From positions 2,114,222-2,178,221 of the forward strand of contig NW_003314261.1 of the NCBI RefSeq assembly GCF_000143415.4: DNA of 64,000 bases, in the 5' to 3' direction. The stretch's first letter is position 1, and every line of letters begins with the position of its first letter. Both the position numbers and the translations under genes were made by a program. Under the pieces are notes generated by a model, which was not told where the DNA came from, searched no databases, and worked only from the letters and a program-made list of their open reading frames with translations. This DNA is from Selaginella moellendorffii. Taxonomy: Eukaryota > Plantae > Lycopodiophyta. Below, in pieces: positions 51,076-64,000 of this stretch.

Positions 51076-51401
51076 AGAAGTTGTGCAGATCTTTCTATTG
51101 GCTAATGATGTGACATAATGTTATTTGATATGTGTGTAGTTGCGTTTGGTGCCAAGCTCACAATACTCCCTCTTGTGTTGTAGAAGGATGGTTCTTTCCT
51201 TACTACCGCGATGGCAGGAGGTCAGTATTGTTGGACCTTTTATTAATCTCCACCTAAGCTAATTGAAAAATTAGTCATTATATGTACATTTAGACTGGAA
51301 GGGCACTAAGGAAGGAAATCCTAAGTTATCATTTAGTCAAGCATACTTGATACAATGATGAGAAACTCATGTTGTTAGCTTGAACTTACTAGTGTTGGGA
51401 A

Positions 51402-54400
51402 TGTTATGATCCGGTGCAAAAAGACAGAGATTTAGTCGCCCTAGACTATGCTACGCCACCTCTTGAGGTTCCTCACCACCCAACCACCCCCGAGCTACCT
51501 CAAAAGCTCCACTGCGCCGCCACTCCACTGTGAGCCCTAGGGTAGGTTAAGTCCCTTACCCTAACATGCCTTAATATACCCTTGAGCCTCCCTTTGACTG
51601 ACGTTGACCACATAGTCAAAGCTGGCGCCTAACAATTCTTCCCCCCCAACAAAGTCCTTGTCCCAAGGACGAGTTGTACCGGTGATCACCCTTTCTGGGG
51701 AACCCTACTCAAGCTCTTGGTCCATCTTCCACAGCCGTGTATATCAAGGAGGCATTGGGCCCGTCACTCCGAGATAATACACCTTTCAATTGGCTGACAT
51801 AAAATACCAAATGAATTTTCACCCCAGCTGGCAGCTGCACCCGATAAGCCACTTTACCAATGCGCTCCAGTACTTCATATGGACCAGCATAAGTTTATCG
51901 CTCTTCCCTGTCCGTAAAGGCACCAAGGTGTTCCGCCGCTCACTTGACGGAAAGATCACTCGAACAAAGACGAGTCACCCACCTTATATTCCCGGAATTG
52001 GCGATGCTCATTAGCAAACATCTCCACTCTATCCTGAGCTGCTTGCAAATTCCGTTTGCATACCACCAAAATCTCATCAAGTTCTGTGGCCAAATCAGTC
52101 GCCTCGGAATCAAGCTTATCTTAAACGTCCTTACTCAAATGCAAACCCAACTCCACCGCTGTTTGAGGATGCCTTCCAAACATGGCAAAGTAAGGACTTA
52201 GCTTGGTTCCATTGTGTTGACTATTGTTGTAAGCAAATTGCACCAATGGAAGATATAAATCCCACTGTCCTTGCTTTTGACCAATGCTACAACGTAGTAT
52301 ATCCTCCACCACCTGATTCACACGCTCGGTTTGCCCATCCATCTGAGGATGATCTCCACTCGAGAGTTTCAAAGTCACTTGCATCACAAAGCTTCCAAAG
52401 CTTTCCAAAATCCACTGGTGAACTTTGAATCTCAATCATTAATGATATCCTTTGGCAAACCAAAATCAGGAAAAACCTTCTCCAAGTAAACCGCAGCCAA
52501 GTTTGAGGCAGTGACAGTCTTCCGAAGAGCCAACAACCGCACATACTTCATCAACCAATCCACTATGACCCATACTTACTCCTTTTGCCTCTGTGTTCGT
52601 GGCAAACAAGTGATGAAGTCGATAGAGATACTACACCAATAGCTTTGAGGATTAGGTAAAGGTTGCAAAAGTCCCTCCGGCTTCTCCCGTGGCATCTTAA
52701 CCCGCTGACAAAGCTCGCATGATTTACAATACTTGAGGATATCAACCTTCATATTCCTCAAATAAAAGTTGCACTTAATCAACTCATACGTCTTCTTCCC
52801 CCCAAAATGACCGGCCTCTAGACGATCATGATAGTGGAATAAAACTTGAGTAATTAACACATCCACCCATGGCAAATATACACGGCCATTGTAGTAGAGA
52901 ATCCCATCCACCAATGAGAAAGGAGCTTCCATCTGGTCTCGCAAAGAGGCCACCTCAGCATCCTGAGCCTGAGCATGCTCAACCAACTGCCCAAACTCGC
53001 TGACCACTTTACTCAAATGATGACAAAATCGTGTTTGTAACGTCGTCACATGACGAACACGAGATAACGCATCTGCCACCACATTTGATTTTCCCAAATG
53101 ATGCTCAATAGGAAACTCCCCAAACTCCATGAGTTTGACCATCTAACGAGCTTGCCTAGTGTTCAACTCCTTCTGTGTGAAAAGATACACAAATGGTTTG
53201 TGATCTGTCAACACCACAAACACTGCACCATAAAGATAGTGTCGCCACGTTTGCAAAGCATGAACAATAGAGAGTAACTCTTGCTCATATGTGGAAGAGC
53301 GTTGCTCCGTGGAATTCAAAGTTCGACTCTCATATGCAATAGGCTGTCCCTCTTGCATAAGAACTCCTCCCAGTGCATAACCACTCGCATCTCATGTCAC
53401 CTTGTAATGTTTTGATGGATCAGCAATGTGAAGCACTGGAGTCTCGCTCAACAATTGTTTCAGCACCACAAAACTCTCCTCTTGTGGCTTCTTCCACTCG
53501 AATGGCACATTCTTGCGTAACAACCACGTCAAAGGAATAGCCACCTCTACAAACTTATGCTGGAAACGTCGGTAGTAACTAGCCATACCAAGAAAACTAC
53601 ACAACTCGGCCACTGTAGTCGGTGTAGGCTAGTTTTCCACCACAGCCACCTTCCTTGGATCCGTCTTGACACCCTGAGATGTCACAATATGGCCTAGATA
53701 TTCCACCTCCGACTTTGCAAATTCACATTTGCTCTTCTTTGCATAAAGTTTGCTGTCTCGAAGTAACAAAAGAACCTTGTGCAAATGCACCCTATGCTCC
53801 TCCATATTCTTGCTAAAAACAAGAATATCGTCCAAGAAAATCTCCACAAACTCATGAAAATAACGCCCAAATACCTCTGTCATTAACCGAGTAAATGTGG
53901 CTGGTGCATTCGTCAAACCAAACGGCATAACTGTAAACTCAAAATGTCTGAAGCTTGTGTTGAATGCCATCTTGGAGATAGATACATCATCCATTGCAAT
54001 CTGATGATATCCACTCCTCAGATCAATCTTGGTAAACACTCGTGCTTCACCAAGCTTGTCCAGGATATCATCCACATGTGGCATCGGCATTTTATCCTTC
54101 ACTGTCTTTTTGTTCAAAGCGCGGTAGTCAATACACATTCACATTGAACTACCCTTCTTCTTCACAAGCAAGACCGGAGCACCAAATGGAGACTTACTTG
54201 GCTGAATAACTCCAAACTCAAGTAACTCCTTGACTTGTCGATGAACTTCTTGCTCCTCCGCATAACTTAACCGAAATGGACGCCGGTAAATTGGTCGCGT
54301 CCCCAGCTCCAATGTAATCCCATGCTCCACACCTCGTAACGGAGGCAATCCATGAGGAAGTTTAGATGGAAAAACATCAGAAAACCCGTCCAGTACATCC

Positions 54401-56309
54401 CGTACTACTACTTCTCCCCCACACGTGCCTTGGTCCCCCAAGTCACAAACAAACAGCAAGTAACTCAAAAGTGCTTTTCCATTACGACAAGCCCACTTCA
54501 AAGATGTAGCAGAGAGCATAACAACTGGTGGTTGAATGCCCTCGCCAAACCACACATCTTTAACGCCACTATACTCCAATGAGATACGTTTAATACTCCA
54601 CTTTATCTCTAGATCCACCTTCACCAACCATGGCATCCCGAGAATGAGATCCACACGATGGATATCCGTGAGATAAAAAGTCTCCACAAGTGTGGTTTTG
54701 CCAACCAACACTTCCAGCCCCTCGACACAAGCATCGAAATGCTGAGTAGAGGTAGCTGCACCTTCCACTGTGTATGGAAGAACGCTGCGTCTGACCAAGC
54801 CATGCTCCGCAACAAACTTTGCCGAAACAAAGTTGTCATCGCTCCCACTATCCAGTAAAATCCGCACTGGATCGCCACGGAACATGCCCTCCAGCGGTAA
54901 AGCTGATTCACGCGTATCCTCGAGCTCCATCTTGTTCCACACACAGTTGAGCTGACGAGCAACGATCGAAAGTTGCTTCCTCCGACCGGAATGGTCGTTC
55001 TCCTCATCCTCACGCTGCAAAGTTTGCAACTTTTTAGTATCTAACTTACTGTGAGAAGAAGATTGGCCATTCTTCTTGTCCTGTTGCTTGTTCTTCAACT
55101 GCGGACAATCAACCTTGTAGTGTCCAAGTTCCCCGCAATGATGACAACCCTGTCTATAATTCTTCACAAAGAACTTTTGCTTCCTGGACCCCTTTGCATT
55201 TGAAGTAGTCACTACCGACTTCAACTTGTGATGCTTGTTCCCATCCTTGTGTCCACGGCGATCATCACGATGATTTTTGATAGAAGGACTCCGCAAACTC
55301 TTGCGAGACTTGTGCTTGTCATTGTCAAGTCGACGAGCTGCATCAAAGAGCTCCTCCAAACTCTTTATAGGCTGAGAATGACGCAAGTGTTGCCGCATGC
55401 TCTCACTATGTAGGCCATCAATGAAGTAGGACTTGTTCTGATCTGGATCCTTCGTTGGAACACAACTAATCAAGGGAATAAGCTTCTCAATATAGTTCCT
55501 GAGTATCATTTTCCCTTGCTGGAAATGTCAAAGTTCTGTACGAGCATTCTCCACATCATAATGAGGGGCAAAACATAAACGGAAAGCAGCCTCAAATTCA
55601 TCCATGGTAGACACTGGTGGTTTCTTATCCGCAACACGAGACTCCTCAAGCCAATTCCACCATCGAAGACCCGCATCATGCAAAACCATCGGAATAGCCA
55701 CTAAAGCCTTTGCATCTGGAGTTCCTCTAGCAGCCAAGAACTTCTTCACATTGGCTAGCCAAGCGAGACACTCGTCCACACCACCATCACCGGAAAAAGT
55801 TGGAATCTTGAGTCAATCTACCAAAGAAGGCTTACTTGAAGCGCTACCCCATCCAGCCTCGAGTGCCTCAACATGCCCACGCATGGTATCCATCATGCCA
55901 TGCATCTCGTCTTGCATCTCTTGCTGATCTTTATTAAGAGCTCGCAGCTCATGAACCACATCTTGAATGGTCCAAATCTCCGCAGCTTCATCGGCACCAT
56001 CATCGGCACCACCATCAACAATATGATTCCAATGTTCAGCTTGGTCGGCCATCGCAACCAACTCCTCTGATACCAATGTTATGATCCGGCGCAAAAAGAC
56101 AGAGATCTAGTCGCCCAAGACTATGCTACGCCACCTCTTGAGGTTCCTCACCACCCAACCACCCCCGAGCTACCTCAAAAGCTCCACTGCATCGCCGCTC
56201 TACTGTGAGCCCTAGGGTAGGTTAAGTCCCTTACCCTAACATGCCTTAATATACCCTTGAGCCTCTCTTTGACTAACGTTGACCACGTAGTCAAAGCTGG
56301 TGCCTAACA
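51402..56309 (-). mobile_element. Full-length but inactivated Ty3/Gypsy LTR retrotransposon (gag-ZnK-PR-RT-RH-INT)
   Basis: 233-bp LTRs at 51402-51634 and 56077-56309 (TG..CA); TSD GGGAA; PBS TGGTATCAGAG; PPT at ~51635-51650; CHHCGELGHYKVDC, LLDSGS, FLDDIL, HPQMDGQTER; multiple stops. Confidence 0.96.
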
Positions 56310-57225
56310 GGGAACCCTTGTGATATTGAGTTTGGTCCTTCAATATTCACTAAATGATAGTTTACCGTGTTTGCCAAACACCCTCACTATCATGCACCTT
56401 ATATTAGTACCATTCGGTCCCAAATGCTATTTATGGAAAGTGTCTAGATTTGCTCATTTGGCATATCTATAGAATGTAAATATTGTCTTGAACATAATGG
56501 TGTTTGTCCAGTGTCCAAATTTGCAATCTAAAGACATTCCATATTTAATAAGTTTCAAACTTGTCCTAAAGACTAACTCTTGGTACTAAGGGAGGCTTGG
56601 GGTGAAAACCTGATGCATGTGTTCCTCTAGGGGGGGTTGGGGCAGAAGGGATATAGGGGGTTCCAAATGTATAGTAAGGATAGTGGATAGGTCAAGCATG
56701 GCTGACCAACCTAAGGTATAATTTAACTTTCACTTGCGTGCCTATCTTTGTTTTGCATCTGGCTTGGGTTTAAGCCTAAGCTCTACACCATACTAGCTAG
56801 TGGATTACTCATATCCTCTCGTTAGACCACCACAATACTGAAATAGTGCTAGACTCCATTTGGCTTTGTTTTGTATGTTGGTTCTAGCATTGGGATGTTG
56901 GATGCTCTAGAATTGTTCTAAGTCACTCCATACTCTTGTCCCTTCGCTCTTTGGGCTGTACGCTCAGAAGTCATTCCGTGCTTTAGTGCCTTCGTTCCTT
57001 GGCTCCATACTTAGGAGTTTAGCTTTGTTCTTTCGTTCAATGGCCCAAGGCCCTGAAACTCAAGTTTTACACCACTATCCTTTAAACACGTGGCATGTGG
57101 CACATAGCATGTGATATGTGGCATATGAAGGGTTTAAGTTTCACTTTGTGGTTATCCTATGGTAAATCACTATAGGATAAAGGGTAAAAACCATATACAC
57201 TACAAGAGATGTGACATGATGTTAT

Positions 57226-57995
57226 TGTGAGACACAAAATCCCTAGGCCCCAAAGTGGAGCCGGAAGGGCGCCACGTGGTAGTGGCCAAAGCAAAAGCCA
57301 AATGAGCGTAACATGGACTAAAAGCTCCGACTTGAAAGGTCGAGAGTGGGAGTGGAACTCCCAAAAAAGTGCTTGAGGAACAAGCACGAAGCAAGCAATA
57401 AGCGAGGCTCCAAAAAGGGACCCAAAAGGACCAACACATGACATGTGAAAGTGTCTGAGATGGACCCAAGTTGGAGTCTGAAGTGGAGTCCGAGATGGAG
57501 TCCGAGATGGAGTCTGAGATGGAGTCCGAGATGGACCTGAGATGGAGTCCAAGATGGACCCAAGATGGAGTCTGAGATGGAGTCCGAGATGAACCGAGAT
57601 GGAGTCCGAGATGGACCCGAGATGGAATCTGAGATGGAGTCTGAGAAGGACCCAAGATGGAGTCCGAGGTCGAGACTGAGACCGGGACCGAGATCAGGGC
57701 CAAGACTGAGCCCGAGGCTGAGGCCGAGACCAAGCTCGAGCCCGAGTCCAAGTTTGAGTCTAAGTCCAAGTCCGAGTCCGAGTCCGAGTTCGAGTCTGAG
57801 AGGGTGAAAGCCCAAAGTGTTCGTCTCCCAGACCCTGGGGGGTCTGGTGAGCTCCAAAAGTATAGTAAGGGGGAGGACTGCAATGGAGCCAGTTTGGCCA
57901 GGAAAGGCTAGTTTGGCCTAGGAAGGCTGTACCTAGTGTTGGGTGATAAGCTGCCCACTGGGAAGTCCAAAACTAGAGTGATCACGAACAGACAA
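57226..57995. mobile_element. LTR-like repeat with a (GAGATGGAGTC)n array
   Basis: Reverse-complement homolog of 48700-49425; TG start. Confidence 0.6.
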
Positions 57996-58789
57996 GCGAG
58001 GTAGTTTGGTGAAGTGTTCAAAAGCCGGCTCTAGTTCCCCCGGGAGATCGACTGGCCGATGCTCCCAGTCCAAGTGTGGGTGGCACTACCTACTTGGATA
58101 CCTGGCATGGCTCAACAGAACCTCGCTCTAAGCCCATGGCTAGAGCACCCAAAGGCGGAAGGCGGGGAGAGTACCCACGAGGCTCGCGTAAGGCCACGGT
58201 GTTCCGAAATGTTGCCCCAAAGTCCCAGACTGTGAAAAGGAAAAGGATCCATCCTCTAGTGTGGAGACCAAGGATACAGTCATGTGGGGAGGAATTCCTA
58301 GAGGACCATGGGACTTAGTGGTCGGGCTTGTGGGCCTTGATCCAGTGACAGTGTTGGCAAGCACGGCTATGAAAAGAAAGGAACTTGGTAGGGACTGAAA
58401 AAATGATATTGGGGAAGGCTAATCCCCATGTCTGTGGGCATCCTAAGGATGCTAAGGAGTGGATCGGGGATGACCACTTATGGGTGAATGGCTCAGTCTT
58501 GGAGAGATGGGATTGCAATACAGGTGGTGTTAGACCACCGATGTGACCAAGGTGAATGAGCGTGGCCTAGCATAACGGGCTCATATGTAGTGGTACCTTG
58601 GGGTATCGGTCATGGGATCGGACACGTGGAGCACTTGGACCAAGTGCAAAGTTTGAGTGGCATGGATGCCATTCTCGGGGCTAGCAAGCCCCAAGTTCTG
58701 GATGGGACTTATGGAGGTTGTGAATGAGACTCCTCCAAGTGGTCGAAGGTGTGGTTAAATGACTAAAGTAGAATGGAAAAATTAGTCAC

Positions 58790-59870
58790 TTACAGTTATC
58801 TAGTATGTGCATAACTGTATTTGGTGCCAAACTCGTAATACTCCACTTTGTGCTATAGGACGGCTAGAGCCAATTGCAGTTTCGTGTTTATTTGAGTTGG
58901 TGGCATTTGATTTTATGGGACTTTTTCCATGATCATTTGTTAGCAATGAGTATATCATTATTGCTTTTGACTACTTGACTCGTTAGGTGGAAGTTGGTGC
59001 TCTTGCTAGCGCACTTACAACTGTTGTTGGATACTTCCTCCTTAATTGAGTGGTGTTCTAGCATTCTTGTCCTAAATGGATTCTTTCGGATAGTGGTCCT
59101 ACATTTATGGCTGATATATTTCATGTTTTGACGTCTCGGTTGGGGATATGCCACACTTTCATGAGTGCTTATCATTCACAATTAGACGATTTGGTAGATT
59201 GGCTCATTTGAAATTTCAAAGGGATAGTCATGAAGTACATAAATTTTTAGCATTCAGATTGGGATGGTTATTTGTTATCTCTTCGGTATGCATATGTTAT
59301 AGGGGTGCAGAGTTCTGTTGGTGCTTCACTATGTAAACTTCTATATGGTCATGATCCAATATTGCCAACAGAGTTAGGTTTACCTTTGTGATTGCTACGG
59401 GTTGCCGATGCTAAGTCGTGGGATCAATATTTGATGAGCATTCTTCCACTTGTCTGAGCAAAGTTTGCCAAACACTTAGGCTGTGTATATAAGTGGGACA
59501 ACAATAGTGCCACAACTCCCATCACCATCCACTTATAGAGTACAAAGTGGATGACTTAATGTTAATTTGTTTTCCCCATCTTATGATACATGGTTTATCT
59601 AAGGGGCTCCTTGCTTAGTGGAAAGGACCATATTGGGTGTTGCGGCAAGTTTGACTAGAAGTTTATGAGATTTGACATGACGTCCAGTAGGCTAATCCTC
59701 TAGAAATTGTGCATGTCCAGTGGCTAAAACATTTGGTATAAAGGGATCAAAAACAATTGGCACCATTTACAAATCCACCGACTCCTTCTTCTGATGTTCC
59801 TCTAGATTTCGGCATATTCATAAGAGAACCCTAACAATCTTTCATCATTCCGAAAAAAGGGATGATGTGA
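58790..59870 (+). mobile_element. Degraded Gypsy integrase remnant ending in a PPT and LTR start
   Basis: Integrase-like fragments (FELVAFDFMG..YIIIAFDYLT); AAAAAGGGATGA followed by TGTGAG at ~59855-59870; related debris at 51076-51396 hosts the intact Gypsy. Confidence 0.55.
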
Positions 59871-60299
59871 GGTCCAAGTGTATAGCTACAATGCTATATA
59901 CTAATATTAATGTAGTGGGATTTTAGTAGTTGCGGATTGATTTCAATTTAGACCACTTACTCTTATATATAAACTATGGTTTTGGGCTAAAATATATGCA
60001 TATTTTCTATATTCTCTTTTCATATTCTATGCACTCACACTATTAATTTCTTTTAAACCATGCTCCCTAATTTTTTCATGCAATGTTCATATGGTATAAA
60101 TCTTAACAGCATGTGATTTTGATTTTATGGTACGTTTTATTCAAATAATTTTTGTTTTAAAAATTCACATAGTATTGCTAGGTCAACATTATTTGAAAAT
60201 ATAATAATACTTTACAAAAACAAAACACTCTAGAATCAATAAGGCTGCCTATGCCACCAAAATGGCCATACCATGCAACCAAATCCTACCTTCATTTTG

Positions 60300-61080
60300 A
60301 TCTCCATGGTCAACCCGTTCATAGGTTCGTACTTACCTCAACCAAGTCTTGGATTTAGTAAAACAAATAGCACACACCACCTCAAAAACTTGTCTTCAAA
60401 ACTCTTTATTTCTTGTGAAACTCTTTGTCGCTATACCTAGAAGTGCCCAGCCACCACAAGCTTTGAGAGCACCCACCTTCCTACTTCCTCTATTCTCTTA
60501 CTAATAGAATGGAAAAAGCTACTATTAACTATTTGTTATATACAATCTTATTCATCTTCTTTAATCTCTCCTAGATTTCTATTGTAGATTCCTGTGTCAT
60601 TGACACCTTAACACTCCCCCTTGATCTGATCCATCCTAGAGATTGATTGTATATCACCTACTCCACTTGGGTTGGTATGAGTCCTAGCATGTGGTAAACT
60701 ACTATATCTAAAGAGTTCTCTTTGTAAGTAGCTAGCACTCTAAGTATGGAGCACTTCAAACTCATGACTAATCAAGCTAGCTCAGCACATATTAGTATGT
60801 GATCATGGCTCATCAGTTCCATTGAGTGATCAAGGAATAAGATCTTCATGCTTAATCCAAAGAGGAATATGACAAATTGCCCCTATCTTCAGATTCATAC
60901 TCCTTGTGCATCACTGCCATAAGCACAATGCCCATCAATAGCAAAAGTGTTGAAATCTTCCTATATTCATTCTTCCCATGATATACTGTATTGGTAATCA
61001 ATTGTGTTGTCGTTTGGGGTTATTTGTAGTTCAAAACATAGTATGTTTCTTTAGCTGCCCTCCAGAGCATTGCATGCTAC
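60300..61080 (-). mobile_element. Degraded Copia-like remnant (LTR, PPT)
   Basis: Reverse PPT AACACTCCCCCTTG at ~60610-60623; adjacent sequence is too decayed to translate confidently. Confidence 0.4.
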
Positions 61081-62134
61081 ACCAAAAATTCACTACATTA
61101 GTGAATTAAAATAATATATGCAGTTGTAGATTTTTTATCATTATTCACTATCCAATATGATTTTAAAACTCCAATATATGACTTAAAGAAGAAATATATT
61201 ATCATTCTTGTAAACCAAACCTACAATCTCCCTCCTTTTTTCTCCCCCTCAAAATGTGGTTCAGGATCAATGTTGAGAAGAAACATCTACACTATAGAAG
61301 TTTACAATATACTTATGTTGTGAACATGTAGAGCCTATATAACATCAGGAGAAACTATAAACTTAATTATTTCTTATTGAGACCAATCACTAGACCTATT
61401 TTTCAAGCTATACCCATTGAAGCATTGCAACTTGAAATCATGGATACCATTGGAGTATTTGTGAAGACTGGAAACTAGATTAATCTATTTATTGTTCATC
61501 TTTCCTAGGACCTACACTTTCTAGGGTCAGTGCCATTAGGAATATTACCTTCCACTGAGGGTGCACTATCTTCCTTTGAGAGTGCCAAATCTGCTTAATG
61601 CTAATATATGTATCTTGATAGTGATAGCACTATAACCTACTAACTTTGGTTTAGTCCCAGAAATAAAAAGTACCTTGGTCCTGGTTGAGTAAAAGAACAT
61701 TGTCTCTCCACAGCACATCCATCTTCACATTACAAATATCCTGTACATTCAAAACATGTAAGTACAAAAGAGTAGGTGTTATACCTATTTATTTAGATGT
61801 TAAGATTACTACTTTATAGATTTCAGCTTTGCATAAGATGCATCTCATTGTCTTAGATTCTAATGTGAGGCCAAAATTGTATGAAATGCTGCCAAGAGAC
61901 GTTGTCCTTTCTCTCCAAAATTAAACAGAAAATGAAATAGAATGCTAGGAGATGTCAGTTCGCACAAGAATCGACATCTCTATCCCTCAAGAGAAAACAA
62001 AAGTCGAGAAAAGAAAAAAACCTCTCATGGAAGAAAGAAAGTGAGGAGACGTCGGTTCATGTGTGAACCGACTTTCTCAAGGAAGCATACTTTGTTTGAG
62101 GAGCGTCTTGAAGCACATTGCTAAGTTGAAGAGC

Positions 62135-62390
62135 CTTTCTCTCGTCCTTCCCTGCTCAAATTCCCTTTGCTATTCAAACCCTAGGTGTAAAACCCTAAAA
62201 ATCAATGGTCATGATTTTCATTCTCTTTGATGACAATCAATGGACATAATCATTCAATGCTTTAGATATTAAGATATGTATAAATTGATTGTGATCAAAG
62301 AGAATGAAAATCATGACCATTGATTTTTAGGGTTTTACACCTAGGGTTTGAATAGCTTAGGGAATTTGAGCAGGGAAGGACGAGAGAAAG
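62135..62390. repeat. ~255-bp foldback hairpin containing telo-boxes, abutting a gap
   Basis: ~100-bp arms CTTTCTCTCGTCC..TCTTTGAT / ATCAAAGAG..CGAGAGAAAG. Confidence 0.85.
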
Positions 62391-62534
62391 NNNNNNNNNN
62401 NNNNNNNNNNNNNNNNNNNNNNNNNNNNNNNNNNNNNNNNNNNNNNNNNNNNNNNNNNNNNNNNNNNNNNNNNNNNNNNNNNNNNNNNNNNNNNNNNNNN
62501 NNNNNNNNNNNNNNNNNNNNNNNNNNNNNNNNNN
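62391..62534. other. Assembly gap (N run)
   Basis: N run. Confidence 1.
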
Positions 62535-62699
62535 TTATATGGGTGGCTATAAGATTCTCATATCTCTCTAAATTCTAAATGGTTGTATATTTTGTTAAAA
62601 TAATGAACTTGTCTTTTGCAAGGACATAGCTAATTAAAACTCACGAATATTTTTGTTCTTTCTAATCAGTTTCTCCCCAAATTGTTTCTAAGTGGTCGA

Positions 62700-64000
62700 G
62701 TAAGGAGAAGATATAAGAGAATTCTACTTGAAGTTCGATCAAGAGCCTCCAATTTTTTTCTCTAAGAGTGTTATAGGAAAGAGATTCCTCTGCAGAAGAT
62801 TCAAGTTGAAGCTAGGATCAGTTACTTTGGAGAATGTATGTCGTGATAAGGGTAATCAAATAGAAAAATCCATTCTTCTCGACAGTGGTGTGGGAAAGAA
62901 TGGGATTCAATGGGATTTTGATAAATGTATAGGTCAGGAGATTCTAGTTATAGGATCTTTGAAGCAAAGAGAGGAGAGTGCATCAGTTTCACAATCAACT
63001 GTGCAAAGAGTGAAGGATGAAGTTTTTATTCTCTCTAGTAATGAAAATGAAGAAGATGAACTTCCCGACATAGCTTCCCAGACAAATAGGTGCATTAGAC
63101 CAGTTTTTGAAATGGTGGATAAGGCATTTCAGCAATCTTGATCATTACGGCTAGAATTGAAGGAGTTCAAGTACATGAGAGGTGAGGAGGTTCCTTCTTC
63201 CTATAATGGGAATATATTCTTCGAGTTTCCACCAGCCAATTCATCAAGTAAGAAAAGGGGTATGGAGATGCATCTTGATCCACATAATTGGTGCAGAGTA
63301 AAGACAATCCACTTCTCCCATTTCAATGGATCTGTCATAGTCCATTGTGGTGGACAGCTTTAGTGTATCACTGAGAAATGCATTTCTGATCATGGCAAGA
63401 ATATGTGTTTCTTTGAAAGTTCAACGATCAATCCCCCTAAGTGTGATGAGGTTGCTACAGGGTTTAAATGTCACAAATGAGGGGCAACACCTGTGTGTCA
63501 AGCATGTTGCGATGCGCAAATGTATTATTTTCTTCCATGGGATGGATGTTTAGACAGAGCAGCAAGGCATGTTGGATACCACCAACATGTAATAGAGGAA
63601 GGAATCCACCTTGATTCTTTTTGCAATTTGAAAGCTGCTATTATTACGGAGGCTAAGAAGAAAAGTGCTGCAACTCCAAAGTGTGTTCAACAGTTTGTAC
63701 TAAAGAACTATGTGGTGGACACGTTGCTACAATCTGATAGCATAAAAGAGTACATAGAGAACAGCTTGAAGGACCTACTTTGAAATATAGACAGGTAAAT
63801 TTAAACAAGTATAAAATTAATACTTAACTCTACTTTATCACTAATAACACTCTTTTCTATGGTAAAATAAATAACTAGATGCAAGAAGGGCAAAATGGAA
63901 AGCTTTAATTTAGATTGGATGGGATTTTGGAGCTAAAGAGAAAATGTCCTTATAAGTTATTCATAGGAGCTTGTTGTTGCTAAGTGACTCAACAATCATG
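62700..64000 (+). mobile_element. Decayed transposase-like gene with a GCM/WRKY-like Zn-binding N-terminus (MULE-like); continues beyond the window
   Basis: PSSYNGNIFFEFPP..HNWC..HCGGQL*C..C..PVCQACCDAQMYY..RAARHVGYHQH; stops and frameshift. Confidence 0.5.

Overview
Plant nuclear DNA with two very different halves. The ~50-70 bp introns, GC-rich exons and tight gene spacing suggest a lycophyte such as Selaginella (inference). Bases 1-26,100 are a dense island of nine intron-containing genes: a PM-ANT-type ADP/ATP carrier, NRPB7, a ZNF598/Hel2 E3 ligase, an FBH/AKS-type bHLH, PABP, two tandem divergent RIBA3-derived genes, exportin-7 and a CC1-like LEA_2 protein. From ~26,400 to the end lies an AT-rich nest of transposons, which also holds one intact secreted PLAT-domain gene missing from the ORF track. 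The main find is two distantly related, decayed genes that each appear to encode a ParB/Srx-like domain fused to a beta-class N4C/N6A DNA-methyltransferase-like domain, an architecture best known from phages and bacteria. Gene 1 reads in frame once a TRIM insertion is removed, and gene 2 once a ~1.8 kb inversion is undone. Gene 2 lies divergent from a Sola1-like DDD transposase, in a ~11 kb block carrying more than 20 copies of a 22-bp palindrome (ATGGCATGAGGCCTCATGCCAT) placed in introns and non-coding DNA, reminiscent of ParB/parS. Also present: a full-length but inactive Gypsy element with TSDs, a TRIM, other LTR debris and a GCM-like transposase fragment. All domain calls come from motif recognition by eye; no searches were run.
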